Shown here in pieces: positions 36,516 to 48,654 of a DNA stretch of 64,000 nt. The notes beneath the pieces were generated by a model. It was given only the letters and a program-made list of their open reading frames with translations, did no database searches and was not told where the DNA came from. Numbering within the stretch: the stretch's first letter is position 1; each line of letters starts with the position of its first letter. The position numbers and the translations under genes were made by a program. The stretch comes from Vitrella brassicaformis CCMP3155. Taxonomy: Eukaryota > Protista > Chromerida. The stretch is taken from positions 248,001-312,000 of the forward strand of contig CDMY01000227.1 in NCBI GenBank assembly GCA_001179505.1. The letters run 5' to 3'.

Positions 36516-37784
36516 TCACCATTTCTCGACGTAAGGCCGCATCTCCTGCTCATGGCTCCACGCAGTCTTGTCCTGTGTGTGCAGGGACCAGTAGGTCTCA
36601 GCCATCGCGTCGGGGTTCAGCAGGCTGTCGATGGGACGGTCAGGCTGCCTGCACACACACAATACGTGACACGCTCACATGCACGTCTTCTTGTCGGCCG
36701 ACGTGTGTGTGTGTGTGTGTCCAGATCTCTCTGCTTTTTTTACATCTCTCGGATTTTCGGCGTATCGATTTGTCCGTCAACAACCGCAAGCACACCACCC
36801 ACACACGAGTGGCCGTCCACCTCCCTCTCTGTATGTGTATGTGGTGGTTTTGAGGTTGCCTTGCTTACTGATGTGTGCCACGTGTATGCCTTCGGGCATC
36901 AGTTCTCTGGCCATGCACTGCGCCAGCGCCCGGAGGGCAAACTTGTGCACCGCAAGGTTGTAGAAACTCTTTCCGCCTCTCAGGCTGGCCGTCGCACCCG
37001 TCAACAGAATTGTCCCTAATCGACAGATGCCACACACAGACTCATTAGTGCATCCATCACTTCTGTGCGTGTGTGTGTGTGTCTGTCTGGAGGGCCAATG
37101 ACTCTGACCCTTCTTCTGCGCCGTCATGGCGGGAACGACCTCTTTGGATGCGATGAAGGCGCCCGTGCAGCCCACCTTCATGTTGGTCTCGAACTGGTCT
37201 GTGGGCGTGTCCACCAGCTTGGCAGGGGGCCATGACGTCCTGCCGCCCGCATTCCACACCTACCCAACCAATGTGCACATACATCTTCGCCAACTTGCCG
37301 TCGTAGTGTGCCTGTGTTTCTGACCAGGACTTCCACATCGCCAAGCCTCTCGCGAATCGTGCGAAAGGCCTCCTTAATGCTCGGCTCGCTGGTCCCGTCA
37401 GCAGGCACACACAAGGCCTGACCACCTGGCGCCATCCGTACAGCATGCACCTCCTGAGCTGCAACGCTTCTACATGCCTTCCTTTTCGATGGCCTCTTTG
37501 ACGGGGCTGAGGTTGTTCATATCTCGCGACATCAGCGCCACCTTGTAGCCACCACGGGCGAACCGCCTGCAGACACACACAACAAGACAGTCAGGCAATG
37601 GCAAATTGGCAATGGCCACCCATCTTTCCCCCTCTGCGTACCTTGCGACGGCTTGCCCGAGCCCCGGGCCCACTCCAACGACCACGGCACATCCAAAAGT
37701 CGCCACCACTCGCACACTCACTGGTTTTGCGTCAGATCCTAAGCGCCGGAGATCCCGCCTTTCAAAACTTCCCCGGCAATTCAT
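36516..37784 (-). CDS. Short-chain dehydrogenase/reductase (SDR); multi-exon
   Basis: AVVVGVGPGLGQAVARRFARGGYKVAL; GTILLTGATASLRGGKSF; KFALRALAQCMARELMPEGIHVAH; VDGQIDTP; LNPDAMAETYWSLHTQDKTAWSHEQEMRPYVEKW*. Confidence 0.9.
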
Positions 37785-38160
37785 GTCTCAAGACAAACTG
37801 ACCGATACTCGATTGAGACACTTCCATGCCATGATCATGCTACCACAGTAGTCATTGCATTCTATTGGGGACATGTGTGCATCTAGCGAAGTGTCGCTCT
37901 CTGTCTGACGAGAGGCCGGGTGCGGATTAACGGCTGCAGAAACAGTGGACGCAGACGCGACAAGACAGACAGACGGCACTTTGTTGCAACATGTAAGGCT
38001 GGTGTTGTCATTTCCCTCCTATGCACCCCATGCACCAACGGGTACGTACCAAGAACGAAAAATAAGACAGATGGATCAAAGATATACAGCACGGGACAGA
38101 GAAACGGACGCAAAAAATACCGGCTGACGGACGGACATGTGCAGTCCATGTAAGTATCGA

Positions 38161-40122
38161 TTATGAAGCTGTCGCTTCCTTCTCTTTGCTCTCGTTCTTC
38201 TCATCATCATGGTCAGGCGCTGCGCCGCCTTCTGGTTGAGCCGCCTGCTGCAGACTTGAAAACTGCATCGAGACACCCTCCCTTTGCCGCTTCTTGTCCA
38301 GCCAGGTTGACCTCACCCACAGGGCCGTGAAAAATGCACACGCCATGAACATCACAAGCGCGGCGAAACCAAATGCTGTGGGGTAATTGATCTTGTCGGC
38401 CAGAAACCCCGCACACGGCGGGCCCATGAGGAGTGCCACCCCGATACCCATGTAGACAAACCCCAGAGCACATGGCAGCTGGTCCTTGCCGACGATATCG
38501 GCACATATGACGGGCGTGAGAGCGATGTACGCGCCGGAAGAGACACCGAATACCACGGCGAAGACCATCAGCCGGGCAACGTCGGTGGCGACGGCGAGGA
38601 AGGCGATGTCGAGAGCCATCAGTGTGGTGCCAATCCAGTAGATGCGAATGTGCCCAAACACATCTGCGGCCTTGCCAACGAGGCCTCGGCCGACAGTAGA
38701 GCCAGCACCGAAGGCCGTGACGCATAAGGCGGCCTTAGATGAAGATAGGCCGTTCTCCATGCCCCTGCATCCAATCCACGCAGAGACATGAGACCAGACG
38801 GAGACATGTGTGTGGGCGCCTCGCCTCACCATGCGGGCAGGTGTGCGAATGGGGAGAAGTAGGCAAAGCCTCCACAGAAGCAGCCAAGGAAAAGCAGGAC
38901 AAACCTCGAGTCGCGGAAGGGGGAGACATCGAAGTGCATGGGGGGCAGCAGCCGCATCAGGGAAGACTGCTTCTTCAGGCGCTTGGAGGGCGACTGCTGT
39001 GCAGGCACTGAAGCCTTTTTTGCCCCACAGCCACCACCCTCCTCAGCCTGCGAAGATGACGGCCTGGGGATGCCGTTACTAGCTGCTGGGTCTTCGTTCT
39101 GGTCGCCGTGTGTCTCCTCCAGCGGCACTGTCTTGAAGTACCCGGCCTGCTCGTCGATGACGACCTGCACGCCGGCCTCGTCCTCGTCACTCGCCGCACC
39201 TAGAGACGATGACGTCTCTTTGGCTGCTTGCTGATGCTTCCCATCGCCTTCGGGCTCGTGGTGCTGCCCGTGGGGTATGTTGAAGAAGAATGATGCGAAG
39301 AGAATGGCACCCGAGCACACGCCAGCCTGGAACCGGAGGGTGTCTCGCCAGCCGGCTTGGACGAGAAGAGCATTGAAGGTGGGGGCGAGGGCCAGAGTGC
39401 CGATGCCGCTGCCGCACACTGCCAGGCCTGCATAAACGCGTGTGCGGCGTGGGAGGGGAGAGACATGGCAGGAAAACAAGTGGTCTTACCTGTTGCAGTG
39501 GCCCTTGTCTTTGAGAAGTGTAGAGCGATGATCGTTATGCACGACCTGAAAATGCACACGGCACAATAAGGGGATGTGACGGTTTCTCGATGGACATGTA
39601 CGTATCATAGACGGTTACATGTATGAGAGGCCGAAGCCCTGCCCCAGGACGATCCCGTAGGTCAGGAACAGCTGCCATATGTCCGTCACGAAGGAACTCA
39701 GCAGCAGACCGGCCAGCACCATCACCGTGCTGACCCTCGCCATCCTCCTGTGGCCGTAGTTCCTCACAAGCGCACCGTTGACGGCACCGAATAAGTAGAA
39801 GCAGCACACCATGATGGAATACACGAGAGCAGCCATGGCCTGAACACACACAGCACACACATGGGGAAGCGTCATGCACCATCAGTTGGCGCCTTACGTA
39901 CCTTGGTGGTTCCAAATGCCTCCATGAGGAAGGGCAAGAACACGCCCTGCGGGCACAAAGAGGAGAGGAAAGACAATTGATGGCGTGATTTCTGGCACAC
40001 GTATGTATGGGGTCTTTTGTCTGTGTTGAGCTGACAAATGTGTTCATGGTGCCAAGCGAGGAGAAGTGTACGAGCCATGAGGCCATCACCACAACCCAGT
40101 TGTGCCGCCAGTCATCCATCAT
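38161..40122 (-). CDS. MFS monocarboxylate transporter (MCT/SLC16-like); multi-exon
   Basis: WVVVMASWLVHF; GVFLPFLMEAF; LLSSFVTDIWQLFLTYGIVLGQGFGL; GLAVCGSGIGTLALAP; GWRDTLR; large acidic central loop; GSTVGRGLVGKAAD; GVALLMGPPCAGFLADK. Confidence 0.9.
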
Positions 40123-40321
40123 CCTGTTGACTGCGCAATTGTCGCTGCGCTATAAAGAAGGGGCCGCTCTAGGCTATGCAGGCAGAGTGGGAGAGATCGG
40201 CAGAACGGGGAAAGAGCCACGAAGAGAGCGGCCCCCACTGCGTGCGAGCTTGAGACAGGATGCGGCCCCCCCTCAAGCTCTCGGCACGAAGGTCCAAGCG
40301 AAGGTCCAAGCGAAGATCATC

Positions 40322-41008
40322 ATGTCACCGCTGGCGGCTTCAGTCTTCTTGTTCCTGCTGGGCCTTCAACTTCAAGTTGGCGCATTCAAGCAGCATGGTA
40401 TTAGTTGGTCAAGCACCCCCCTCACATCCCCTCACTAGTATATGCATGCATCCCACTGATCCTGCATACGTGTGCACTCTCGTTCTCGCATGCAGGCCAG
40501 GCCCCTCCTGATGTCTCCCTGGCGCCCACTCAAGCGACGGCCTACCTCTGCTCGTACAAGGCGTTCGATAAGTTGCCGTCGAAGTCAGAGGAACGATACA
40601 AGAGGCACTCGTCGAGCCTCGGCAAAGGTAGTGGTCTTGTTTGTCCGTGGTGCTTTCAGAGAAATCATTGCTCATCCTGATACTTGCCTGTTCATTGCAG
40701 AGTGTTCGCCCGCCAGTCCACTGAAGCGTGCTGCAGCGGGAGTTGGCGCCGGTTTGGTCGCCCCATTCAGCGGCCTCAAGAGGGTCGGAGAGCACGCCGA
40801 CTATGCCTTCGGCTTCGGAATACCCCTCTACACTCGCACCAGGTTCGACAAGCTCATGACGACAGCCCGCTCGGGGGACTCCGCCTGCACGGGGTTTGGC
40901 TTTCACTGCCGGAGCAAGGAGGATCCTGACAGCACCCCCTGTGCTGTCGGGCAAGACAAGACGGAGTGCTCCTGCTGCTACGAGTATGAGGCACCCAGTC
41001 CTGCTTAA
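40322..41008 (+). CDS. Small putative secreted cysteine-rich protein; 3 exons
   Basis: Signal-peptide-like MSPLAASVFLFLLGLQLQVGA; in-frame GT-AG junctions; 8 Cys in the mature region, ending ...DKTECSCCYEYEAPSPA*. Confidence 0.7.
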
Positions 41009-41065
41009 AGGCTGAAATGCACTCAGAGCCCTGCATGCGACTGTTCGTCTCTGTTCACACAAACA

Positions 41066-41103
<38 letters not shown>

Positions 41104-41865
41104 CAAGATGCCTTTTTCTTTTATGGCCGGGAGACACGATGAATGCAATCACGCTCTGACTTGGAACACACAGGGCCTTCACGATGGATGGCGCACTGAC
41201 TAACACTAACGAAGGGCGACGAGTGAGTGTCTTGAGTGTCAAGCAGTGACAGGAGCATTCGAAAATGTCGACGTGTACTGGCTGCGATGGCCATCGTGCC
41301 TGACGCAAACCATCTACGCATGTATTGTATGCCACACCGCACTCAACTTCCTCCTTTCTCCCTCCTTCCCTCCCTCTCTCCCTCTCTCCCTCTCTCCCTT
41401 CCTCAACGCAGACACAAACCAGCACATACAAGCCGCCCTCTTATTCTCTTGTCTGTCGGTCTGCTTGATCCCCTGTCATGCTGCTTGATCCCTCCGCCGC
41501 CTCTGTCTTCGGCGGCGGAGGTGCGGCCACATCCATCCATCCATCAACCCATCGTCCGTCAGCATGTTGGGCGGCGGCAGAGAGGGAGTGAGGGAGGTGG
41601 GGCGAGGCTGGTGGTGTTGAGGTTGTATGTGGACGTCTATCTGGGAATATGCATGTGTCTTGCTTGGATGGTAGTCTTTTCCAGTAACCCCCCGGCCCAA
41701 CGTCCCTCCCTTTCGTGCATCGGAGCGACAGCAATCAGTCACCAGCTCTCTCACTCATGGATTGCACACATTCGCTCAGACAAACAGACAAACAAACACA
41801 AATATCAACCAGTCCGCCAGACTCTCAGACTCTGCTGCCTGCTCCTTCCTGTCTTTTCCGTCCAC

Positions 41866-44800
41866 TCAGCAGTCGAGGGCGTAACGCGATGATGAGGCGC
41901 CAAACTCGCTCACAAACTGATACACACGTGATACGAGGCAGGAGACATGCAGTGGGCACCGTGTTCGACATCATGGGGTGTGTGTGTTTGCGGTTTGTGT
42001 GCTTACGTCTCCGTATGAGACGCGTCCATTTTTGCTCTTGTCGAGTCGGTTGATGAGGGCCAGCAGGTCCCTCTCCGTCACGGCAACACCGTAATTGCGC
42101 AGCGCATTCCTGAGCTCGTCGATGGTCAGGTAGCCATCCTGATCGCTGCACTCATAAGATAAGGACAAAGGTTATCCAAGTAAGTATCTGTGCATCCAGG
42201 TGTTGCGTACGCGTCGATGGCTTTGAATGCCTCAAAGAGGTCGATGCCACGCAGAGACGAACGGTGGGACTCGGCTGTCATCTCAGCCTGCAATCGGCCA
42301 GATAGACATGGAAGATCACATCACATCACACATGCAAGGTAAGAGGTGGCTGCCAGTGGCGTGTCTGTGTGTCTGTCTGTCTTGCTGGCCTGCCTGCATC
42401 AGTTGTCTGAATGTCTGTCCGATGAGTGCCCTCGTGTCGAGAGCAAACCACTGCGGCCCCGACACCTCAAGAGGGGATCGGTGGGCCGGCATGCGGTTGG
42501 CGAGCATCTCGGCATAGTGGGGATCGTGGGGCAAGAACGCGTCGGCCAAATCGGAATAGCGGAGCCTACACACGCATCGCATCGCATCCACAGACAGCAA
42601 CCGATGACTGACCATCGGTTTTCGCCGTCCCTTCCACCCACCCGAGTCAGTCAGTGTTACGTTACCTACCTGCCGTCTCCCCCCTTAACGTATCGTTTGA
42701 GCAGCATGTCGACCTCGCAGTTGGTCGGGTACACGCCCACCACGCGCATGCCCTCCGTCACCTCGTACCGACTGACGCTGCCGCGGCCACACTTGTCCAG
42801 CAGCTTGTAAAAATCCAACAAGTTGAAGTCAGACCTGCACACAACACATCAACATGGCCACCAACCAGCGGATGGATGCACGGTCTAGTCTCATCTAGAT
42901 AATCACCTGAGAGCCAGGTCCTGTCTGGTCCGCTCCAGCTCCCTATCGGCGATGATCTGGTCCCGTAGCACAGCCGTCACCTGCCGCACGTCAGCCATGC
43001 GGCAGGGCGGCACCAGCGGACACGTGGGCACTGGCGACGAGTACCGGAGGGCGCTGTAGGTCTGCGCCGGCTGGGTGTAGGACAGAGGCGGCGTGGCCCG
43101 GAGAGGGGGCGACCCGCCCGCCGCCCTTGTGCCAGCGTAGGAGGGAGCCGACTTGGACAGCACGGGGGCGGGTGGCGGCGCCCTGTCTTGCTCGGGCGAG
43201 GGGGAGCGCTGAGACCAAAGACGCGGATGGATGGATGAGACACACAGCAATGAGACATTCGCGTGGTCCGTACGATTTCAAGTTCACTCACCACTCGGGC
43301 TCCTTCCTCTGCCTCCTCTTCCTCCTTCTCCAGCTCACGACCTCGACGCGCAGGCGGCAAAGGCTCAGGCCGCCTGCACAAGACAGACAAGACACATGCA
43401 TGCAACGAAGGCAATCCGTCATGCCTTCTCTCTGCCGCGTCGGTGCACACCCACTCGATGTCTTCCTGCATTCGGTAGGGGTACGGTGCGCTGACGGCCA
43501 TGCTCACGGCGCTGCCCTCAGGCGGTGGCGGCGGTGGCAGGGGTGTGGGTCGAGCAGGCATGCTTCGTTCTAGCGGCACGCGGGGCTCGGGCGTCTTGAC
43601 GCGACGGGCCATGGCACTGCTCAGGAGGGGGGAACGGTCGCGGTCAGCATAATCAGCGTAGGCACTGCGGAGAGGGCTCACACCACGGCGAGGGGAGATG
43701 CTGATAGAAGAGAGACACGAACAGACAGACGTCAGGTGAGTGCACAGATCAGATGGACATAGCGATGTGTAGTGTACCCCAGTTTGGATTGGAGCAGAAG
43801 TTTCTCCTCGTGGCGTCGCTCGCGGTCGACTCGTGAGTAGGTGAGCGGGGGGGCCTTGAAGCACGACAGGGGGCACTCAGTGGTGCGGGTGGTGGGCAGC
43901 ACGGCATCCACAAACTCAACGTACGACAAACGGTCATCCTGATCTCTGCAAAGTTCCACCAGCCGAGACAGGCAGCTGTCTGTGGTCTCCCTGCATGGTT
44001 GTCTGTCTGTCTGTTTGTCTGTCTGTCTGCGTACCGGTCGAGCCTTCTGAAGAGACTCTTGATGTCCAGAGGGAGGCTGTCGAGGGCGTACTCACGATAC
44101 ACGCGGTCCAGACCCTCTGAGAAAGAAGGCGTGGGCAACCACAGAGAGCGAAATGGTGAAATGCAGAAGCCAGCATGTGCCGTCCTCCTTCGGCATTCAC
44201 CGGGTGTGAGGTATCCCTGTTGGAATCTGTCCAGGAATCTGAAGGCGTCCAGCAGGTTGAAGTCGTAGCGGCTGAACAGCACACGACGACGCACCTCCAA
44301 ATCACGATACACCTGCACATGCGCATATGAATGCCATAAGCGGCTGGCTGCTTTGTGTTGCAGTGTTGTCCGTGCATTGCCTACGCATAGCTCTCGGTGC
44401 AGGAGTGCGCCCAATGTGCGTTCTGCGTCGGGGGCCAGCCGCATTGGCAGGGCGTAGCGGCTGCGCCCGGTGGCCAACGAACGAAGCACCACATCCTGCA
44501 TGAGCAATGACAGACCCACCAGCACAGAGTGGCGTGTGAGCTTCTGTTGCATCCCTGTCTCACCGAGGGCAGGATGGCGTCCAGAAACCTGTAGAGACAT
44601 GAGATGACGAGAGATACGTGGCAGGGAGACATGCTGCCAGCTTACTCAGCGTATGAGACGCGGCCGTCCCCGTCCCTGTCGAAGTGTCTGACCAGATGGA
44701 ATATCTCCGACTCAGCATTCACGCGCTCAACGTGATCCAGGAAATACAGGAAGTCGCTGCCTGCGCACATACACACACGCACATTAATGCAGCAACCACA

Positions 44801-45171
44801 GCAGAAGCTTCTCTCCCGTCTGGTTTGGTTGGCCTGCCTGAGTCACATACTTGTGAGCGATCCGTTTTGGAATCTGTCGAGGAGGCAGAATGCGGCGTAG
44901 GGCTCGAAGGTGGAGCACTCGGCCAACCGACACCGGAAGCCCTCAACCTGACAACAAGACCACAACTCCGACAGAGCATCCACTCATCACCTCCCTCCCC
45001 GTAGAGAAGCGAAAAGGAGCCCCCTAGGCTGTCTCTTTGTCTCGTCCACTTCTGACAGTGTGTCTTCCTGCCCTCCCCCCTCACGTATCGCCTCCCTACC
45101 TCCTGTTCGGCCTCCCCGACGGCCTTGAGGAAGCGCAGCAGAGAAAACTCCGACTCACGACTCAACGCCAT
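41866..45171 (-). CDS. Multi-EF-hand protein built of repeated helix + EF-hand-pair modules with a Pro/Ser-rich centre; multi-exon
   Basis: Modules VEGFRCRLAECSTFEPYAAFCLLDRFQNGSLT; LEVRRRVLFSRYDFNLLDAFRFLDRFQQGYLT; LERTRQDLALR-DFNLLDFYKLLDKCGRGSVS; DQDGYLTIDEL; DKSKNGRVSYGDF. Confidence 0.8.
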
Positions 45172-45510
45172 CTTCCAGGGGCAATGGAATTCAGGTGGGC
45201 GGATACGGACGCCTCACTTCTCAGCACAAGCACAAAGTGGCCGGCCACAGGACCGGACAGTTGGCTGCCTCCGAGATGTATGGTGGATGGATGGATGTTC
45301 CCTGTATGGTGGATGGAAGGGAATGCGCCCGGGGGACCTCGTTGACGAGCTGGTGAACTCAGGCAGCGGGAAATGCGATAGAGGGCGGGGAAAGACGGGT
45401 TCAAGCGTGCAGCACCCCCACGCCCCCAGGTTTCAAACCCTAACCCTGCTCCTTGAAACCGCTGCTGCTGCGAAGTTCGTGAACGCCTCTAGCCACTACT
45501 GTGGATCAGC

Positions 45511-48082
45511 ATGTGGCGCTTTGCACCGTCGTCGTCGCGATTGCACCGCTTTCTGATCTCGACCACTCTCAGAAGACCGGACGGCTGGCCTTTATGGCGG
45601 ACAGCTGTGATGCCGCCCGCCTGCCGTCGCAGCATGTCCACAGCGGCGCCCAGCAGCGACCCCCCGTCTGCAGCAGAGAGTTGCTCGAGCCCCTCGCCGC
45701 AGCCAGCGTCACCAGATCTTGCAAGCAGTGGTGCGGCTGATCAGAGGAAGGCCACGGGTGTGGTGAATCTGAAGCTGACGCCGGAGCTGGAGGAGCGGTA
45801 TGGGTCGACAAAGAGGGAGATCCACCTGATTGACAGCAGGGACGCATGTGAGGACTGGTACGGCGGGAAAGAGGGACACTCGGGGATCGAGGATGGGATG
45901 GTCCTGGGAGCGTGTGTGTGTGTGGCGGATGTGTGTGTGTGTCAGTCTGCCCGAGCTGATCTCTGCGCCGGCGATAGCTGTGGACTGCGAGGGCGTCAAT
46001 CTGGGCAGGTTTGGGCGGCTGTGCCTTATCCAGATAGCCGCGGGCGATAGGGTGTTCCTATTCGACTGCCTCAAGGAAGGGGTGAGCGACGTGACACACC
46101 CACTGCAGGGCCCCTGATACATGCAGTTTGTGTGTCTGTGTGCAGATCATGAACACATTGGCTCCTGTTCTCTCCCATGCGAACATCGTCAAAGTGGTCG
46201 GTGGCACGTGAGAAGTCGACTCTGGATGTGGGGAGGGAGCTGCTGTCTGTCTGTTTGTTCCCCCCCTCCAGATGCATGATTGCCGCGAGGACAGCTCGGC
46301 GCTGCACAACCAGTACGGCATTCAGCTGCAGAATGTCTTCGACACACAGGTAAGGTGACGCCGCCCGCCCCTGCACACACACACACATATATCAGCGCAT
46401 GTGTCTGTCTGTCTGCTGATGTGTGTGTGTGTGTGTGTCAAATCATATATATCAGGTGGCTCACTTTGCCTTGTTGGACCAGGATGGGTTCGCCCCCTAC
46501 CAGATATCCCTCAACGACCTCCTTCTCAAAGCTCTCAAACTCAGGTGCGTACCATGGATGAATGGGTGGATGCCTCGTGTGCGCCATCTGTCTGTGGTGA
46601 TTCATGCGGTGTGCCGTGATGTGTTTGTCCCGCAGCAATCGGCGCAAGTCGCCCATCACGGCCAAGATGGTGCGCGACCCCAACGTGTGGTACTACAGGC
46701 CCGTCTCGAGGGTGGGTGCACAGCACAGCACATGGACGGACGCCCCCCCTGCTCATATCGATCTCATGAATAATGTGTTGGATTGGATTGGGTGCAGGAT
46801 TTGATCGAGTATGCGGTGCAGGATGTGCTGCACCTCCTGCCGCTCAGACAGAGGCTCTGCGAAATGCTCGGTAGGGAGGGAGGGGAGCAAGTGCGATGGC
46901 GTGGCGCATCGCATAAGTCCCATTGATCGTTATGTATCTATCGCTTTGTCTGTTGTAGACGACCTGCATGGCTATGGTGTGATCCGGAGGAGCCGCAACT
47001 GGGTCAACTATGCACACCTCAACCCGGTATGCTAACGCCCAAGAGACCGCCCCTCCCTCCCCACTGGGCATCTCGATTTGCTGTCTGTCGGTGGGTCTGA
47101 TGCAGCACTTGAAGGCGCCCAACGACATCGAGCAGAAGGGTCTGAAGGTGCAGGCCATGTGTGTGGCCGCACACAGCACCTCGATGTACTTCAAGCTTAA
47201 CTGCGACAGACAGGGGGTGGTCTCACGGCCAGACACACTCCAGAGATTCAAAGACGGTACGGTCGGCCCGGTCGGTCAATCCGTGCAGTCATGCAATCCG
47301 GTCATTGACATGTACGCCTGTCTATGTGTGTGTGTGTGGTGCAGTGAAGATCGGCGACGTTGCTGAGTGCTTCGTCACAAACTGGAACCTCACTGGTCGG
47401 CCAGCCAGACACACGCGCGCGCACATAGACCCACAATACGACTGACATGAGCGGATGTGTCTGCTCTGCAGGAAACATAGTGTTCCTGGACCGTTACGAG
47501 CCCAGCCTGAGCCACGTGACGCCCAACACACGCGTCAAGTACGAGTTCAAGAGCGACCTCGAGCCACAGCCAGAGGAGCAGCCCGACCGCCCCGTCGCCT
47601 ACTCGTCCCTCTACATCGTCACACGCATGGCCGAGAAGCAGGCAGAGATCGACTTCTACAAGGACGAGAAGAACCTCAGACAGAGGATGGCCGAGCAGGC
47701 CGGGCAGCTCGGCGCCCCGCCCATCAAGCTCGCCGACCCCGACCCGGCGAAGACGAAGCGCATCACGCAGACGGTGGAGGAGTACCAGGCTGAGAGAAGG
47801 AAGCAGATCGAGGAGGAGAGACGGCGGCTGAAAGAGGCGAGGGACGACCCCTTCTACGACCCCCTGCGGCAGAACCTCTATGGCGACACGTTTTGGCGGT
47901 CATTCTACGGTTTGGCGGGCAAGTACAATCCGCATGACGACCGGCCGCCGTCGCACATGTACCAGATCATGATGTTCGTGACGCCCGTGCTGACCCCTTT
48001 CCTCATGCTGATGTTCGTCGCCTTCACCGCCGACTCGCTAACGTACCCTTCCGAGGTCGTCTGCAGACGCACATCCTACTGA
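45511..48082 (+). CDS. DEDDy 3'-5' exonuclease (EXD1/Egalitarian-like) + S1-like OB fold + C-terminal hydrophobic helix; multi-exon
   Basis: ExoI AVDCEG; LCLIQIA; ExoII MHDCREDSSAL; VFDTQVAH; ExoIII YAVQDV; RPVSRDLIEY. S1-like GLKVQAMCVAAHSTSMYFKL...VKIGDVAECFVTNWNLTGNIVFL. Stop at 48082. Confidence 0.87.
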
Positions 48083-48654
48083 CAGACAGGAAACTGACTG
48101 GCCAGATTATGGGCTCGTTCCTGCCTGCCTGCCTGCCTGCCTTGCTGCCTGTGTGAGTGGGCGTGTGTATGTGATGGTCTTCTGGTGTGCACCGGGGGAT
48201 GGAACAGAGGGAGAGGGAGAGAGGGAGGCACTTCGGACTCGATTGGAGTGTGGTGGTTTCTGCCAGTGAGTGTTCTCTTTCTACGTTTCTGTCTACACAC
48301 CCGGTGTACCTGACCGCAGTTTGGTTCAGCTGCACTCGGTGTGGTGGGCGGGGCGAGAGATGGGAAGCACGACACTGATACGAACGAGAGACATGCCTGC
48401 CGGTGACAGGATGTGACGGAAGACGTTGACGCGTGATGTGTACACGGATGGTGTCAAGAGTGTGTGCCGAAACCCCACACGACTAAACAACAGTCGACCG
48501 ACCGGTACACATGCTGTCTGTATACCGACCGCTGTCACATCACCGACGGGATGACATAAAGACAACGTCCGCCAACAACCACCACTCCTCCCTCATGCAT
48601 CTCACATACATAAACACACGGAGCCTCCCTCATCGCTTTGCTTCTCTCTCGCCA

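Noticed and set aside
45434-45448. Telomere-like AAACCCTAACCCT / telo-box
   Set aside because: Only about two units; indistinguishable from chance at this scale.
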